64,000 nt of DNA from an uncultured Bdellovibrio sp. Lineage in GTDB: Bacteria; Bdellovibrionota; Bdellovibrionia; Bdellovibrionales; Bdellovibrionaceae. Within the stretch, counting starts at the first letter, position 1. Each line of letters opens with the position of its first letter. Location of the stretch: assembly GCA_964645745.1 (NCBI GenBank), contig CAZXZW010000002.1, forward strand, positions 5,299 through 69,298. The letters run 5' to 3'. The notes under the pieces are model-generated. The model ran no database searches and was not told where the DNA came from. It saw only the letters and a list, made by a program, of their open reading frames with translations. This document shows positions 29,283 to 38,283 of the stretch, one piece after another. Both the position numbers and the translations under genes were made by a program.

Positions 29283-30829
29283 ACTTTTTTTGCAAAACTT
29301 ACTATGTTTAGTTGATAATTTTCAAACACAGGAGAAGATTTTTTTACACTTAATGGGATGATATTTTTATTCGTATCTATAGAAAACTTAATTTCTAGAC
29401 GAATAAATGATTTGTTTGTTCCAGAAAGTTTAAAACAGTTTAAGTTCTTTGAATCGCACACACGGTCATAATAGTTAGACCAGCTTTTTTTCATATTTTG
29501 AGCGTCACTGAATTCAATTATACCTTTTTGACCAAGACTTATTGTTGGAAGTGATGCTAGTTTTGATAATTGGCCTAGTTGACCTGCTTTAGGCAAAGAA
29601 GGAAGTCTTTCTTCGTCGTAGCTATTACTCACATCTAAGTTAGAATTCAAATTTAAGTAATCATCTGAAGAAGTTAGCTCATCCAAAGATGAGCGAGGTT
29701 CATAAAATTCAGCAACTAATGTCAACTCTTGATCTACTAGTAAGTCAGGATTGATTTCAAGAGCTCCCATAGATACACCGGATAAATTATTCTCAGTTCT
29801 GAACTCAGCGAGGCCAGTCCAATTTGAAGGTATTTTCAATGCATGAACCCAGCTTGATACAAGATTAGTTTTTTGAGTTTTAATATTATGATTGTATAAG
29901 CGCAATTTTCCAACAACAGGAGCAGAGTAAGATGAAGTTCTAGCACAAGTCCCGTCTTTACAGAATTCTTTAGCAAAGTTTTCGACTAAAAACGAAGGCT
30001 GTAATAAAGCTTTGTTTTTTCCACTTGGAATAAGATTTACAGAGCCAGGGCTAATGTTAGTCGTTATCGCGCTTACAAATAATGAGTCCTCGTTCGACTC
30101 TTTGATAGAGCGTGGCATGAAACCTTTAGCCGGAAGCAAAGTATGACGTACGTATCGCGCTCCGATTGGTGATTGAACTTTTAATTCCCCAGCCTCTACG
30201 CTAACAGGCCATAGTTTAATGACAGATTCATAATCAGCGGCTTGAATTTGATTTTCATTTAAGAATTGTGAATTGTAGCAATCAGGATTTATTTTTTGCT
30301 CTATATTTAATTTCGACATAGTATCAACAGCTATAAAGCATCCATTGCCATCAGTTACTACAGTCGAACCTTGTTCGTTTAAAGAAGTTATTTTACATTG
30401 TGATTTAGGATGTGTTTTTACTTTGAACCCACGGATATCAGAAATGATAAGTTGAACACATTGTTTTTGAAATTCGTTCTTTTCTGCTAGTAGTTTAGAA
30501 GATATTTGGTTATCAATTCTTTGAAAAGGAACTGATGTTTCAATACTGCAGTTAGATTTATTTTGAACTAAGTTACCAGAGATAGATTCTAATCGAGAAG
30601 TGTCATCTTGGTAGTAAATCGAGTTGAAATTAACTAAGATATATTTTTCATCAGAAGTACAACGCTCGATTCCGATCTGAGCGTTGTTTGTTTTCGAATT
30701 CATTTTAGTTGTTTTACTTGCTGGATCGATCACGAACTGAGTTTCTGTTAATGCTCTTGCAACTTCACAGGCCAATACTTGAGAACCTATTGCTGATACT
30801 AAAAGTCCGATTATTGCTGCTTTTAACAT
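29273..30829 (-). CDS. Secreted or lipoprotein-like hypothetical protein (518 aa)
   Basis: N-terminus MLKAAIIGLLVSAIGSQVLAC (signal or possible lipobox), 12 Cys, GAGGA RBS. 10-nt overlap with the downstream gene. Confidence 0.7.
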   Translation of the reverse strand: MLKAAIIGLLVSAIGSQVLACEVARALTETQFVIDPASKTTKMNSKTNNAQIGIERCTSDEKYILVNFNSIYYQDDTSRLESISGNLVQNKSNCSIETSVPFQRIDNQISSKLLAEKNEFQKQCVQLIISDIRGFKVKTHPKSQCKITSLNEQGSTVVTDGNGCFIAVDTMSKLNIEQKINPDCYNSQFLNENQIQAADYESVIKLWPVSVEAGELKVQSPIGARYVRHTLLPAKGFMPRSIKESNEDSLFVSAITTNISPGSVNLIPSGKNKALLQPSFLVENFAKEFCKDGTCARTSSYSAPVVGKLRLYNHNIKTQKTNLVSSWVHALKIPSNWTGLAEFRTENNLSGVSMGALEINPDLLVDQELTLVAEFYEPRSSLDELTSSDDYLNLNSNLDVSNSYDEERLPSLPKAGQLGQLSKLASLPTISLGQKGIIEFSDAQNMKKSWSNYYDRVCDSKNLNCFKLSGTNKSFIRLEIKFSIDTNKNIIPLSVKKSSPVFENYQLNIVSFAKKVCQ

Positions 30830-30855
30830 AAATTCCTCAGTTCGTTTATTTTAAA

Positions 30856-31911
30856 TTACTCTCTAGTTTCGTCGATAGCAGTGTATGTACACATTTCAGC
30901 ACCGCGACGAGTCCAGTCACGGAAGATTGAAGCTTTGTCTGCTCCACATTGAGCACCTTTAGTCTCAGTGAATACATATCTAATTTTGCAAAATCTTAAG
31001 TTAAGAGCTGAAGTGCTTAATAAGTCCATTGCATCACCAGTTAAACTTCTTAAATCAGACGAACGGAAGAAGCTTCCATTTTGTCCGCCAGTTGGAAGTC
31101 CATCAGCACCGATTACGAAGTCAGCTTCATTTTCAGAAGTGTTGTATACACCTGAAGAATTTGTAGCATTTTGTAATACGCCTTGACCTTGTAAATCACA
31201 CACAACATATGATTGAACTTTTACGCCAGCCATTTGTGTATAACGTTGTAATTCAGAGTTGTTCAACATGATTAAACCGTCACGATTGTTATCACCTTGT
31301 GTTTGTCCTACTGATAAAAAGTCAGTAGATCCCACATTATTTAAAATGCTGTAGTTAGCGCTAATTCCATTTTGAGTATATTCATGTTGAGGGGCACGGT
31401 AACAAATATCGACGAAGTATTGAGCTGTGTAGGCTTCAGAACCTAATTCAAATAATACATCTTCAACTTTTGTATCCATAGCTGCGCTGTTCGGAGCTAA
31501 CTGTTGAAACACACTTGGTTTTCCAGTCACTACCATGTTTGAACGTGGACCTTGAGCTTGAGAATGATCTGTCCAGCCGCGTTTACCAGCTGTTAAGTAA
31601 TTCATATAAGCTTCACCGTTTCCAGTTCCGCGGCTGATACATTTAATACGAGATCCGCAGTTTGTTGCAGTCGTAGCACATGACCCTGGACGATCTACAG
31701 GAGTTTTAGTTCCATCTGAATTTTCTTTATAACACACGTCACAATTAAGTGGAATTGTTCTTAATCCAGCGTTACAGGCATACATATCTGGACCAGATGA
31801 TGTGACCTTGAATTTAAATCGATACTCTAATGCGGAAGCGTTTTGAGCTAGCGGTAAAAGTACAGCTATTGTTGCAAATGCTTTTTTCAAATTTTTTACG
31901 ATCGTTTTCAT
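30856..31911 (-). CDS. Secreted Cys-rich hypothetical protein (351 aa), candidate major component
   Basis: Signal peptide ending AQNASA, about 11 Cys. It has the strongest RBS in the cluster (AGGAGA 6 nt before the ATG). A spot GC count is higher than for its neighbours. Confidence 0.7.
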   Translation of the reverse strand: MKTIVKNLKKAFATIAVLLPLAQNASALEYRFKFKVTSSGPDMYACNAGLRTIPLNCDVCYKENSDGTKTPVDRPGSCATTATNCGSRIKCISRGTGNGEAYMNYLTAGKRGWTDHSQAQGPRSNMVVTGKPSVFQQLAPNSAAMDTKVEDVLFELGSEAYTAQYFVDICYRAPQHEYTQNGISANYSILNNVGSTDFLSVGQTQGDNNRDGLIMLNNSELQRYTQMAGVKVQSYVVCDLQGQGVLQNATNSSGVYNTSENEADFVIGADGLPTGGQNGSFFRSSDLRSLTGDAMDLLSTSALNLRFCKIRYVFTETKGAQCGADKASIFRDWTRRGAEMCTYTAIDETRE

Positions 31912-31965
31912 GTTTTCTCCTGTTTGTTGTTTTTAAGTTTACTTAGTTATTATTTTAGTTAAAGG

Positions 31966-32550
31966 TTAGTTTAAGCATCCGCCCTGTGCTAATTGCTTAT
32001 AAATTTCTAATTTAATTAATTGAATGAATTTCATGTCTGAAGTTAGTGCCTTCATGTTGTAGGTTCCGTCTTCGCGTTCAGCAATAGCGCGTGCTTTATT
32101 ATTAATAAAGTCATCGACATCAATTTTGAAGTCTGTCGCACACTTCATATTGGTATAAGAAATGTTAACACCTAAATAAGGTAGGCTTTGGTTTTGATTT
32201 GCTCCACCTAAATTGATTGTTGTTCCTGCTGCACCGGTTTGATTGCCTACACCAGCATTGAATGAGATAGCCCATCCTTTTTTCTTGTCCACGCGAGATA
32301 CGAATGTACATCCGTGCTCATCACACTTTTCTTCAATTTCAGCATTCATATGAGCAATTAATGCCGCATCAGTTTGAGACAAATAAGATTTGCTATCTTG
32401 CTTAACTGTGCCGATTTCTAACTCTCCTAAACCTTTTTCAGTTGCAGATTGTGTTTGAGTAGAAATAACTGGCTGGGTTTCAGGAGGTTGTTGGGCGAAT
32501 AATACTAAACTTGTAAGTACGCATAATGTTGAAAGTAATATATTTTTCAT
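31966..32550 (-). CDS. Secreted hypothetical protein (194 aa), first gene of the cluster
   Basis: Signal peptide MKNILLSTLCVLTSLVLFAQ, a Gln/Thr-rich linker, 4 mature Cys, C-terminal GGCLN. Confidence 0.6.
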   Translation of the reverse strand: MKNILLSTLCVLTSLVLFAQQPPETQPVISTQTQSATEKGLGELEIGTVKQDSKSYLSQTDAALIAHMNAEIEEKCDEHGCTFVSRVDKKKGWAISFNAGVGNQTGAAGTTINLGGANQNQSLPYLGVNISYTNMKCATDFKIDVDDFINNKARAIAEREDGTYNMKALTSDMKFIQLIKLEIYKQLAQGGCLN

Positions 32551-32957
32551 TTATTTTGTCTTTCTGTTGTTTGTTATGATTACACAGATCTGTAAAGCAA
32601 ATCGTTAGCCAAACATTATCTAACTAAATCTCATTTAAACGATTTGGAGTTTTGAAAAATTAGAAATGACAATTAGTGCAAACAGTATGTAAATAATTAG
32701 TCGCTCGGCAAAATTTCTTATCTATATAGAGTAGACAGCATTAAAATATATATATCAAAATGAGACGAAATATATTTCGTTCTTTTTTAGAAGCTTCAAG
32801 ATTTATTATATAATATCACAACAAGTGACCTGAAGACGCACAAGTTCAAAAAATTATATATAAAATTATAGGTAAAAAACGTATCGATCTAGAGCTTGTC
32901 TGGAAAATGGGGAAAAAGGATGTGTCAGAAAATATCAACTGATTTGTAAGTAGTCAT

Positions 32958-33698
32958 TTATTTTTCCCACCAACCAAATGGTCCTGAAAGATGTAGATAG
33001 GAAAACGTTTTTGCATCAGAATTTTTATTCTTCATTCGCATGCTTGATAGTAGAGAATACTTTTTAAAAACTGTCTGCATCTCTGAAATATAGCTCCGTT
33101 GTTCTTCTGTAGTCAAAAAGAGCTCTTTAGCTGCACATTGCATCGAATCTTTAGGTGTGGAGCGATTAATACCATATTTAGTCATTTCCTTTTGGACTTT
33201 TTCAATAATTTTTTTTTTGTAGGTTTTTTCAAGCGGTCCATTTTCTATCCACTGAAAAGGAAAGTGTGCTAAGATTTTAATTTTATCATTCGGCCATAAT
33301 TCAATCAGCTGACATTTTTCGAGAGCTTTGATCGAACGATTGAGTTCGATTCTATTTATTTTTAACTCTGATTGAATGTTATCAAGATCAGTATTCATCA
33401 ACATCAGTCTAAAAACGAGAAAGTGCTGAAAATCTTTCGACAAAGTATTTTCTTGCTCTAAAGAAAACTCATAAACTTGAGCTGTTTGTTCTTTGGCTTG
33501 TTCAATCAATTCAAAAAAATCCACGCCGATACAGCGACTGATTTCGATAAGTTTTGATAGCGAAATATCATCACTATTTAAAATACGCTTAACCGAGGGA
33601 AGCGAAAGATTTAGTTTTTTCGCCAGCTGTTCATACTTAACACCCGAAGCTTTTAGACTATTTTTAATAGTGGTTTGAATTTGAGAAAGTTCATTCAT
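32958..33698 (-). CDS. XRE-type helix-turn-helix transcriptional regulator with an uncharacterised C-terminal domain
   Basis: N-terminal HTH (YEQLAKKLNLSLPSVKRILNSDDISLSKLIEISRCIGVDF). The ~170-aa C-terminal part has no recognised motif. Confidence 0.65.
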   Translation of the reverse strand: MNELSQIQTTIKNSLKASGVKYEQLAKKLNLSLPSVKRILNSDDISLSKLIEISRCIGVDFFELIEQAKEQTAQVYEFSLEQENTLSKDFQHFLVFRLMLMNTDLDNIQSELKINRIELNRSIKALEKCQLIELWPNDKIKILAHFPFQWIENGPLEKTYKKKIIEKVQKEMTKYGINRSTPKDSMQCAAKELFLTTEEQRSYISEMQTVFKKYSLLSSMRMKNKNSDAKTFSYLHLSGPFGWWEK

Positions 33699-33806
33699 AA
33701 CGATCCTTAAGGTATTGTAATTTAATACTACAAATAACGATATGCTTTATATTTGTCAAATATTGATACTTTTAAATAAGATGCTCTTTTAAACAAGGAG
33801 CATCCC

Positions 33807-34688
33807 ATGAGAGTCGTATTTTTAATTGTCAGTTTTGCACAGTTGGTTTTCGCCGCGACTGAGCCGGTTTTATTTCATTCTATCAACAGCTTTAATCACC
33901 CCGAAAGCGTTTTGGTTGAACAGAATACTTTATGGATTTCAGATATGGGCCAAAATCCTTCTGAAGTAGAAAATGCCGATGGGAATCTAGTTAAATATAA
34001 TTTATCCGGAGACCTTGATCAGACTTTTACTTTGAAGACAAAACTGAATTCGCCAATGGGTATGGCGATTATTAAAGATACGATTTACTTAGCAGATATT
34101 AATCGTGTCGTTGGTGTTAACAAAAATTCAGGAGAACTCGATCAAGTCTTTGATCTTTCATTTTCAAGCTCTGTGTTTTTAAATGATATCGTGGCTATCG
34201 AGGATCAATATCTTATCGTCACAGCGACTGACATTAAAAAAATATACTTAATATCTTTAAATCAAAACAAAGTCGAAGAGCTTAATATTGATTTTCATGG
34301 ATATACCCCTAATGGAGTATTCTATGAAAAACAAACTCATATTCTTTATTTTGCCTCAAATGAAAAACATGCCTTAGGTCAAGAGGGGAATGGGAAGGTT
34401 TCAAAGTATTTATTTGAAAATAAAAAGGCTACTTTCCAGCAGGAATTTTCCGTTGGCAAATTTCTTGATGGTGTCTTTGTTAAAGAAGATCAGATAGTCG
34501 TGTCGGACTGGCAATCTGCCGGTAATGACGGCAAGATTTATATCTTGGACAAATCAAGCATAGTCTTATCTCATGAATTCAGTCTTAAAACATCAGGTTT
34601 AGCTGATATGGATTACTCTGAGAAAAATAAAGTTTTAGTGACTCCTGATTTTATTCAAGGAATCGTTAGGCTTTACAAGTTTCAGTAA
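33807..34688 (+). CDS. Secreted hypothetical protein, possibly a beta-propeller
   Basis: Signal peptide MRVVFLIVSFAQLVFA. Repeated short beta-strand blocks (IYLADIN, YLIVTATD, LYFASNE, IVVSDWQ) suggest propeller blades. Confidence 0.45.
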   Translation: MRVVFLIVSFAQLVFAATEPVLFHSINSFNHPESVLVEQNTLWISDMGQNPSEVENADGNLVKYNLSGDLDQTFTLKTKLNSPMGMAIIKDTIYLADINRVVGVNKNSGELDQVFDLSFSSSVFLNDIVAIEDQYLIVTATDIKKIYLISLNQNKVEELNIDFHGYTPNGVFYEKQTHILYFASNEKHALGQEGNGKVSKYLFENKKATFQQEFSVGKFLDGVFVKEDQIVVSDWQSAGNDGKIYILDKSSIVLSHEFSLKTSGLADMDYSEKNKVLVTPDFIQGIVRLYKFQ

Positions 34689-34691
34689 GAT

Positions 34692-35186
34692 TCAGTGTTT
34701 AATGTTTGAGGCTTCTTCCTCTTTTGAAACTTTCATGACGTAGCTGACGAAATCAGGGTCTTCGCCGTGAAGCAATTCCGGAAGTAATTCACGGAAATCT
34801 TTGCGGCGGCACCAGATGCGAATATAGTCATCCCATGAAAGCCACATACGCGCGGTTTGTTTGTTCATGTCTTCTTCGTAGACTAAGATGAAGGCACGTT
34901 CAAACAGTGAAATGAGAATATCAAAAATAATTTTTTTACGTTCAATTTGTTCTTCAGTGAGATTTGTATTTGAAATCTCTTTTGAAGTTAATTGAAGGTC
35001 GGCATTTTCTAGTAACAATTTTGAAAACTCAACGTACTCTTCAGAAAGCTTTTGATAGATTTCTTCTTCTTCGTTTTGTCTTTCGCGTCTTTGTTCCCAG
35101 TAAAAGACACCAATAGCGAGCGGCAAACCGACAACGGTTACGACATAACTAGCAAGTTCCCAATTTTCAAGATTTAGAAATTCCAT
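34692..35186 (-). CDS. Hypothetical membrane-anchored protein (164 aa)
   Basis: One N-terminal TM segment (LASYVVTVVGLPLAIGVFYW), then an acidic helical domain. No motif recognised. Confidence 0.45.
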   Translation of the reverse strand: MEFLNLENWELASYVVTVVGLPLAIGVFYWEQRRERQNEEEEIYQKLSEEYVEFSKLLLENADLQLTSKEISNTNLTEEQIERKKIIFDILISLFERAFILVYEEDMNKQTARMWLSWDDYIRIWCRRKDFRELLPELLHGEDPDFVSYVMKVSKEEEASNIKH

Positions 35187-35306
35187 AAAGATATCTTAGT
35201 AATAAACCTAGGCCCGCGCCAAATTAAATCCGTGATCCGGTCTTAAATTGTTTTAAAGTGTCAATTTTGTACTGTGAATTAGGGATTTATTTTTGCTTTA
35301 AAGATT

Positions 35307-35831
35307 TTGATGGAAAAAATATCTTTAAGTGAAATTGAACAATGCATTTTTATTGTGAGGAAGCAGAAAGTGATGCTAGATGCGGATTTAGCCAAAATCT
35401 ACGGAGTTGAAACACGACAGCTCAATCAAGCAGTTAAAAGAAATATGCATCGGTTTCCTAGTGATTTTATGTTTAGGTTGAGTGTCGAAGAAACTGATTT
35501 TTTAAAATCTCGGATGGTAGATCTAAACTTGAGATCACAATTTGTGATCTCAAAAAAGCCCGGTGGTTCTAGGTACTTACCTCATGTTTTTACTGAACAC
35601 GGGGCTTTAATGCTAGCTAATATTCTTAATAGCGAAGCGGCCGCTGAAGCTAGTATTCAAGTTGTGCGTTCATTTGTTCGGTTGCGCGAAATGATTGTAT
35701 CGCATGCGGAACTTTCTCGAAAGTTATCGGAATTGGAAAAGAAATATGATTCGCAATTTAAAGTAGTGTTTGAAGCTATTCATAAATTGATGGTTATTCC
35801 CGAAGTTCCGAAAAAGAAAATCGGGATTTAG
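35307..35831 (+). CDS. ORF6N-domain DNA-binding protein (phage/mobile-element associated family)
   Basis: VRKQKVMLDADLAKIYGVETRQLNQAVKRNMHRFPSDFMFRLSVEE matches the ORF6N signature as I recall it. C-terminal coiled-coil tail. Confidence 0.75.
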   Translation: MMEKISLSEIEQCIFIVRKQKVMLDADLAKIYGVETRQLNQAVKRNMHRFPSDFMFRLSVEETDFLKSRMVDLNLRSQFVISKKPGGSRYLPHVFTEHGALMLANILNSEAAAEASIQVVRSFVRLREMIVSHAELSRKLSELEKKYDSQFKVVFEAIHKLMVIPEVPKKKIGI

Positions 35832-36457
35832 CTGAGGAGTTGAATATAATATTTTAAAACTGTGTCGTATTCTTTTTCGTCGCAAACAACGCGTTTCGCA
35901 TGGGCCTTTGATGGTTCAACAAATTGATCATGCATGGGTTTAACTTGGCGAAGAAATTGTTCTTTAACGCCTTCAGGTGTGCGACCACGCTCGCGAACAT
36001 CACGCTCTAATCTTCGACTGTAACGAAGATCTTCATGAGTATCAAAAAAGATAGCTTCATCAAATAATTCGCGTACTTCAGGAATATGTAAAATCAGAAT
36101 ACCATCTACGATAATAATCGGAGCTGGTTGAATCAGAAGTGTTTCTTTTTTTCTAGAGTGAGTTGCAAAATCATATGTAGGAATTTGGGTAGGCTTTCCC
36201 TCTTTGAGAATTCTCAGGTGTTTGGCTAAGAGAGAAAATTCAATTGAATCGGGGTGGTCAAAATTAACTGAACCACCATCGAAATCAAATCGCGAAGATT
36301 GATCAAAGTAAAAATTATCCTGCAACACTAAGGAAGTACGCTCGGTTCCTAAAGTTTTAACCAGATCCTGAGCAAAATATGTTTTACCTGAACCGGAACC
36401 GCCTGCGACGCCGATGATAGTAGGCTTATTTTGTTTGATAAAGCCTGTCACCAGCAT
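35828..36457 (-). CDS. udk: Uridine kinase
   Basis: P-loop IIGVAGGSGSGKT, QDNFY, DHPDSIEF and RRLERD motifs. Confidence 0.9.
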   Translation of the reverse strand: MLVTGFIKQNKPTIIGVAGGSGSGKTYFAQDLVKTLGTERTSLVLQDNFYFDQSSRFDFDGGSVNFDHPDSIEFSLLAKHLRILKEGKPTQIPTYDFATHSRKKETLLIQPAPIIIVDGILILHIPEVRELFDEAIFFDTHEDLRYSRRLERDVRERGRTPEGVKEQFLRQVKPMHDQFVEPSKAHAKRVVCDEKEYDTVLKYYIQLLS

Positions 36458-37064
36458 CTCCTAGGCCAGGCACTAAATAGCCTAGTTCGTTAATTTCAGT
36501 TTCAACACCTACTGTATGTAATTCCACGTCGGGGTGAAGATTATAAATTTTCTCCACAGCGAATTCACTGATGAGAATAGCTAGAACTTTAATTTTTTTA
36601 ACTTCGTATGATTTTAAACGATCAATCGAGGCAATAATCGTATCAGCTGTTGAAATCAAAGGATCACAAATGATTGCAGTTTTCCCTTTAATATCCACGG
36701 GCATTTTAAAGTAGTATTCCACAGTGTTATGCACGAATTTGTCTCGGTAAATACCGATAAACCCTGCTGATGCAAATGGAATCATAGATAAAACAGCATC
36801 AAGCATTCCGTTACCAGCACGCATGATAGATACAACCACTGGAGCGTTGACGATACGTTCAATCGTTGCTTTTGCAATCGGTGTTTGAATCGTTACTTTC
36901 TCCATGTCAGTCCAATCTTTCATGACTTCGTAAGCTAAAATACGACTGATCTCTTTTGTTAATTCGCGGAATTCGTGAGAGTAAGTTGTTTGATCACGTA
37001 AGTAGCCCAACTTATGTTTAAGTAAAGGGTGATCGTGAATGTGAATATTTGGTGTCTTTGCCAT
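36426..37064 (-). CDS. upp: Uracil phosphoribosyltransferase
   Basis: HPLLKHKLGYLR, SIMRAGNGM and a C-terminal YLVPGLGDAGDRLY. The PRPP loop reads CDPLISTADT rather than the DPMLATGGS I recall for E. coli Upp. Confidence 0.9.
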   Translation of the reverse strand: MAKTPNIHIHDHPLLKHKLGYLRDQTTYSHEFRELTKEISRILAYEVMKDWTDMEKVTIQTPIAKATIERIVNAPVVVSIMRAGNGMLDAVLSMIPFASAGFIGIYRDKFVHNTVEYYFKMPVDIKGKTAIICDPLISTADTIIASIDRLKSYEVKKIKVLAILISEFAVEKIYNLHPDVELHTVGVETEINELGYLVPGLGDAGDRLYQTK

Positions 37065-37092
37065 TTTGTATATCCTTCTAAAAATAAATTAA

Positions 37093-38283
37093 TTAAAAAA
37101 CTGTTCCGTCGCTGATGATTTGGAATGGAGGTCCGCCGCCTTTACGTTTCTCAGCTGCGATTTTTCTTCCGGCCCACCAAGTTCCACCTTCGAGGACTTT
37201 TGCCAAAGGAAATTCTTGAGCCGATTTGCCTAAATTCTTTTGTACAGCAGATCCAATCAAATCCAACATACAAACTGTTAGCGCACGCCATTCGATAATG
37301 AAATCTTCTTCTGGTTTCCAGGCTTTTTCTAAATCCGCAGGATTTTTAGCCGTGATTAAACCGAAATCTAAAATTAAACCACCATTGCGGTATTCAGCTA
37401 GGCCCGTTAATTTTTCTGCGCCTGAAACTTTAAGACCAGCTTCCATTAATGGTTCGACTAATGAATAAGTCATCCACTGAGAAAGTTTGTGGAAGGCAAT
37501 CAATTCGCCTGTGCCTTGGTGTTTCCATACATCACCAAGATTTACGCCATCTAAGTTAATACGTCCTGGCCAGATACTGCCTAAGCCATCAAGTACTGCG
37601 CGAAGTAATCCTTCGGCGGGAATATCGTTTCCATATCTAGTCATTAAATAATCAATGATGCTGCCTGGGCGCTTTTTAGGAAAGATCGTTGTGTTTTCCA
37701 CAGCAGATCCTAAATTTTTCAATAATGAAACACGTCCTGCAACACCGATCAATGGGTTTTCAGCAGTCACTTGGAAATAGTTTTCAACGGAGGCTTCTGT
37801 TAAATTTTTTAAACCTTGTGAGTCAGCTTGCATGGGTTTTGCGGAATCAGAGCTGAAGGCTCCTTTTATAAACATGTGAAAGCTTGCTACTCCTAAACCC
37901 TCTGAACGAGTAATGGTTTTGCCAGTTGAAGCTTCATTGTATTTCCAGGTTGGGCCCGAACCAGCATCAAGTAAAACGCTTGTGATGACTAGATCTAGTT
38001 TGCAACGCGCTTTTTCGATAGGATCAGCTGATTTTAAATTTTCATTTAAAGTCATTTCACGATTTACACCAGCTGCACGGAAATGTCCCCAGCGTGAATG
38101 GAAAGGAATATCAAGTGTTGGATAATTTTCTTTAATCACCGTTAAAACATAATCCACACATGGATTTAGTTTTTCCATATGAATATTGAAATAGCCTTTT
38201 CCTGATTGCGTGTAATCAAGAAGAAGCTTTGTGCGATCACGAATAGCTAAAGGAGATAAAAGGTAATCAATATTATTCTTCAA
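37093..38283 (-). CDS. DUF1688 family protein (URC4-like)
   Basis: 396 aa. Recalled family segments are present (VLLDAGSGPTWKY, FHKLSQWMTYSL). Context next to a URC1-like gene supports the call. Confidence 0.65.
   Translation of the reverse strand: MKNNIDYLLSPLAIRDRTKLLLDYTQSGKGYFNIHMEKLNPCVDYVLTVIKENYPTLDIPFHSRWGHFRAAGVNREMTLNENLKSADPIEKARCKLDLVITSVLLDAGSGPTWKYNEASTGKTITRSEGLGVASFHMFIKGAFSSDSAKPMQADSQGLKNLTEASVENYFQVTAENPLIGVAGRVSLLKNLGSAVENTTIFPKKRPGSIIDYLMTRYGNDIPAEGLLRAVLDGLGSIWPGRINLDGVNLGDVWKHQGTGELIAFHKLSQWMTYSLVEPLMEAGLKVSGAEKLTGLAEYRNGGLILDFGLITAKNPADLEKAWKPEEDFIIEWRALTVCMLDLIGSAVQKNLGKSAQEFPLAKVLEGGTWWAGRKIAAEKRKGGGPPFQIISDGTVF

Larger units (their letters stand above)
24815..35831. 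other. Accessory block between tRNA-Phe and udk (orphan secreted proteins, HTH regulator, ORF6N protein); no integrase seen
   Basis: Ten ORFs without housekeeping identity, flanked by conserved metabolic genes. The block starts right after a tRNA gene. Spot GC counts are patchy and mostly low. Confidence 0.4.

Noticed and set aside
24858-32550. The idea that the six secreted Cys-rich proteins are F-type conjugation periplasmic components (TraW/TraU/TraN/TraH/TrbC-like), based on sizes and Cys content.
   Set aside because: No TraC/VirB4 ATPase, coupling protein, relaxase or pilin gene is present. The 351-aa protein does not resemble TraU as I recall it. Only a profile search can settle the question.
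32760-32790. Palindrome acgaaatatatttcgt with flanking T/A runs in the AT-rich region between the HTH gene and the six-gene cluster.
   Set aside because: It could be the terminator of the regulator gene or an operator. It is AT-only and lies about 175 nt from the stop codon, so the support is too weak to annotate as either.
32551-35306. Search by eye for a direct repeat of the tRNA-Phe 3' end (ttcaattccgtctcgagcca) that would mark an attR site of an integrated element.
   Set aside because: I did not see one in the intergenic regions inspected (32551-32957, 33699-33806, 35187-35306). A manual scan is not exhaustive, so the block is reported as accessory rather than as a mobile element.
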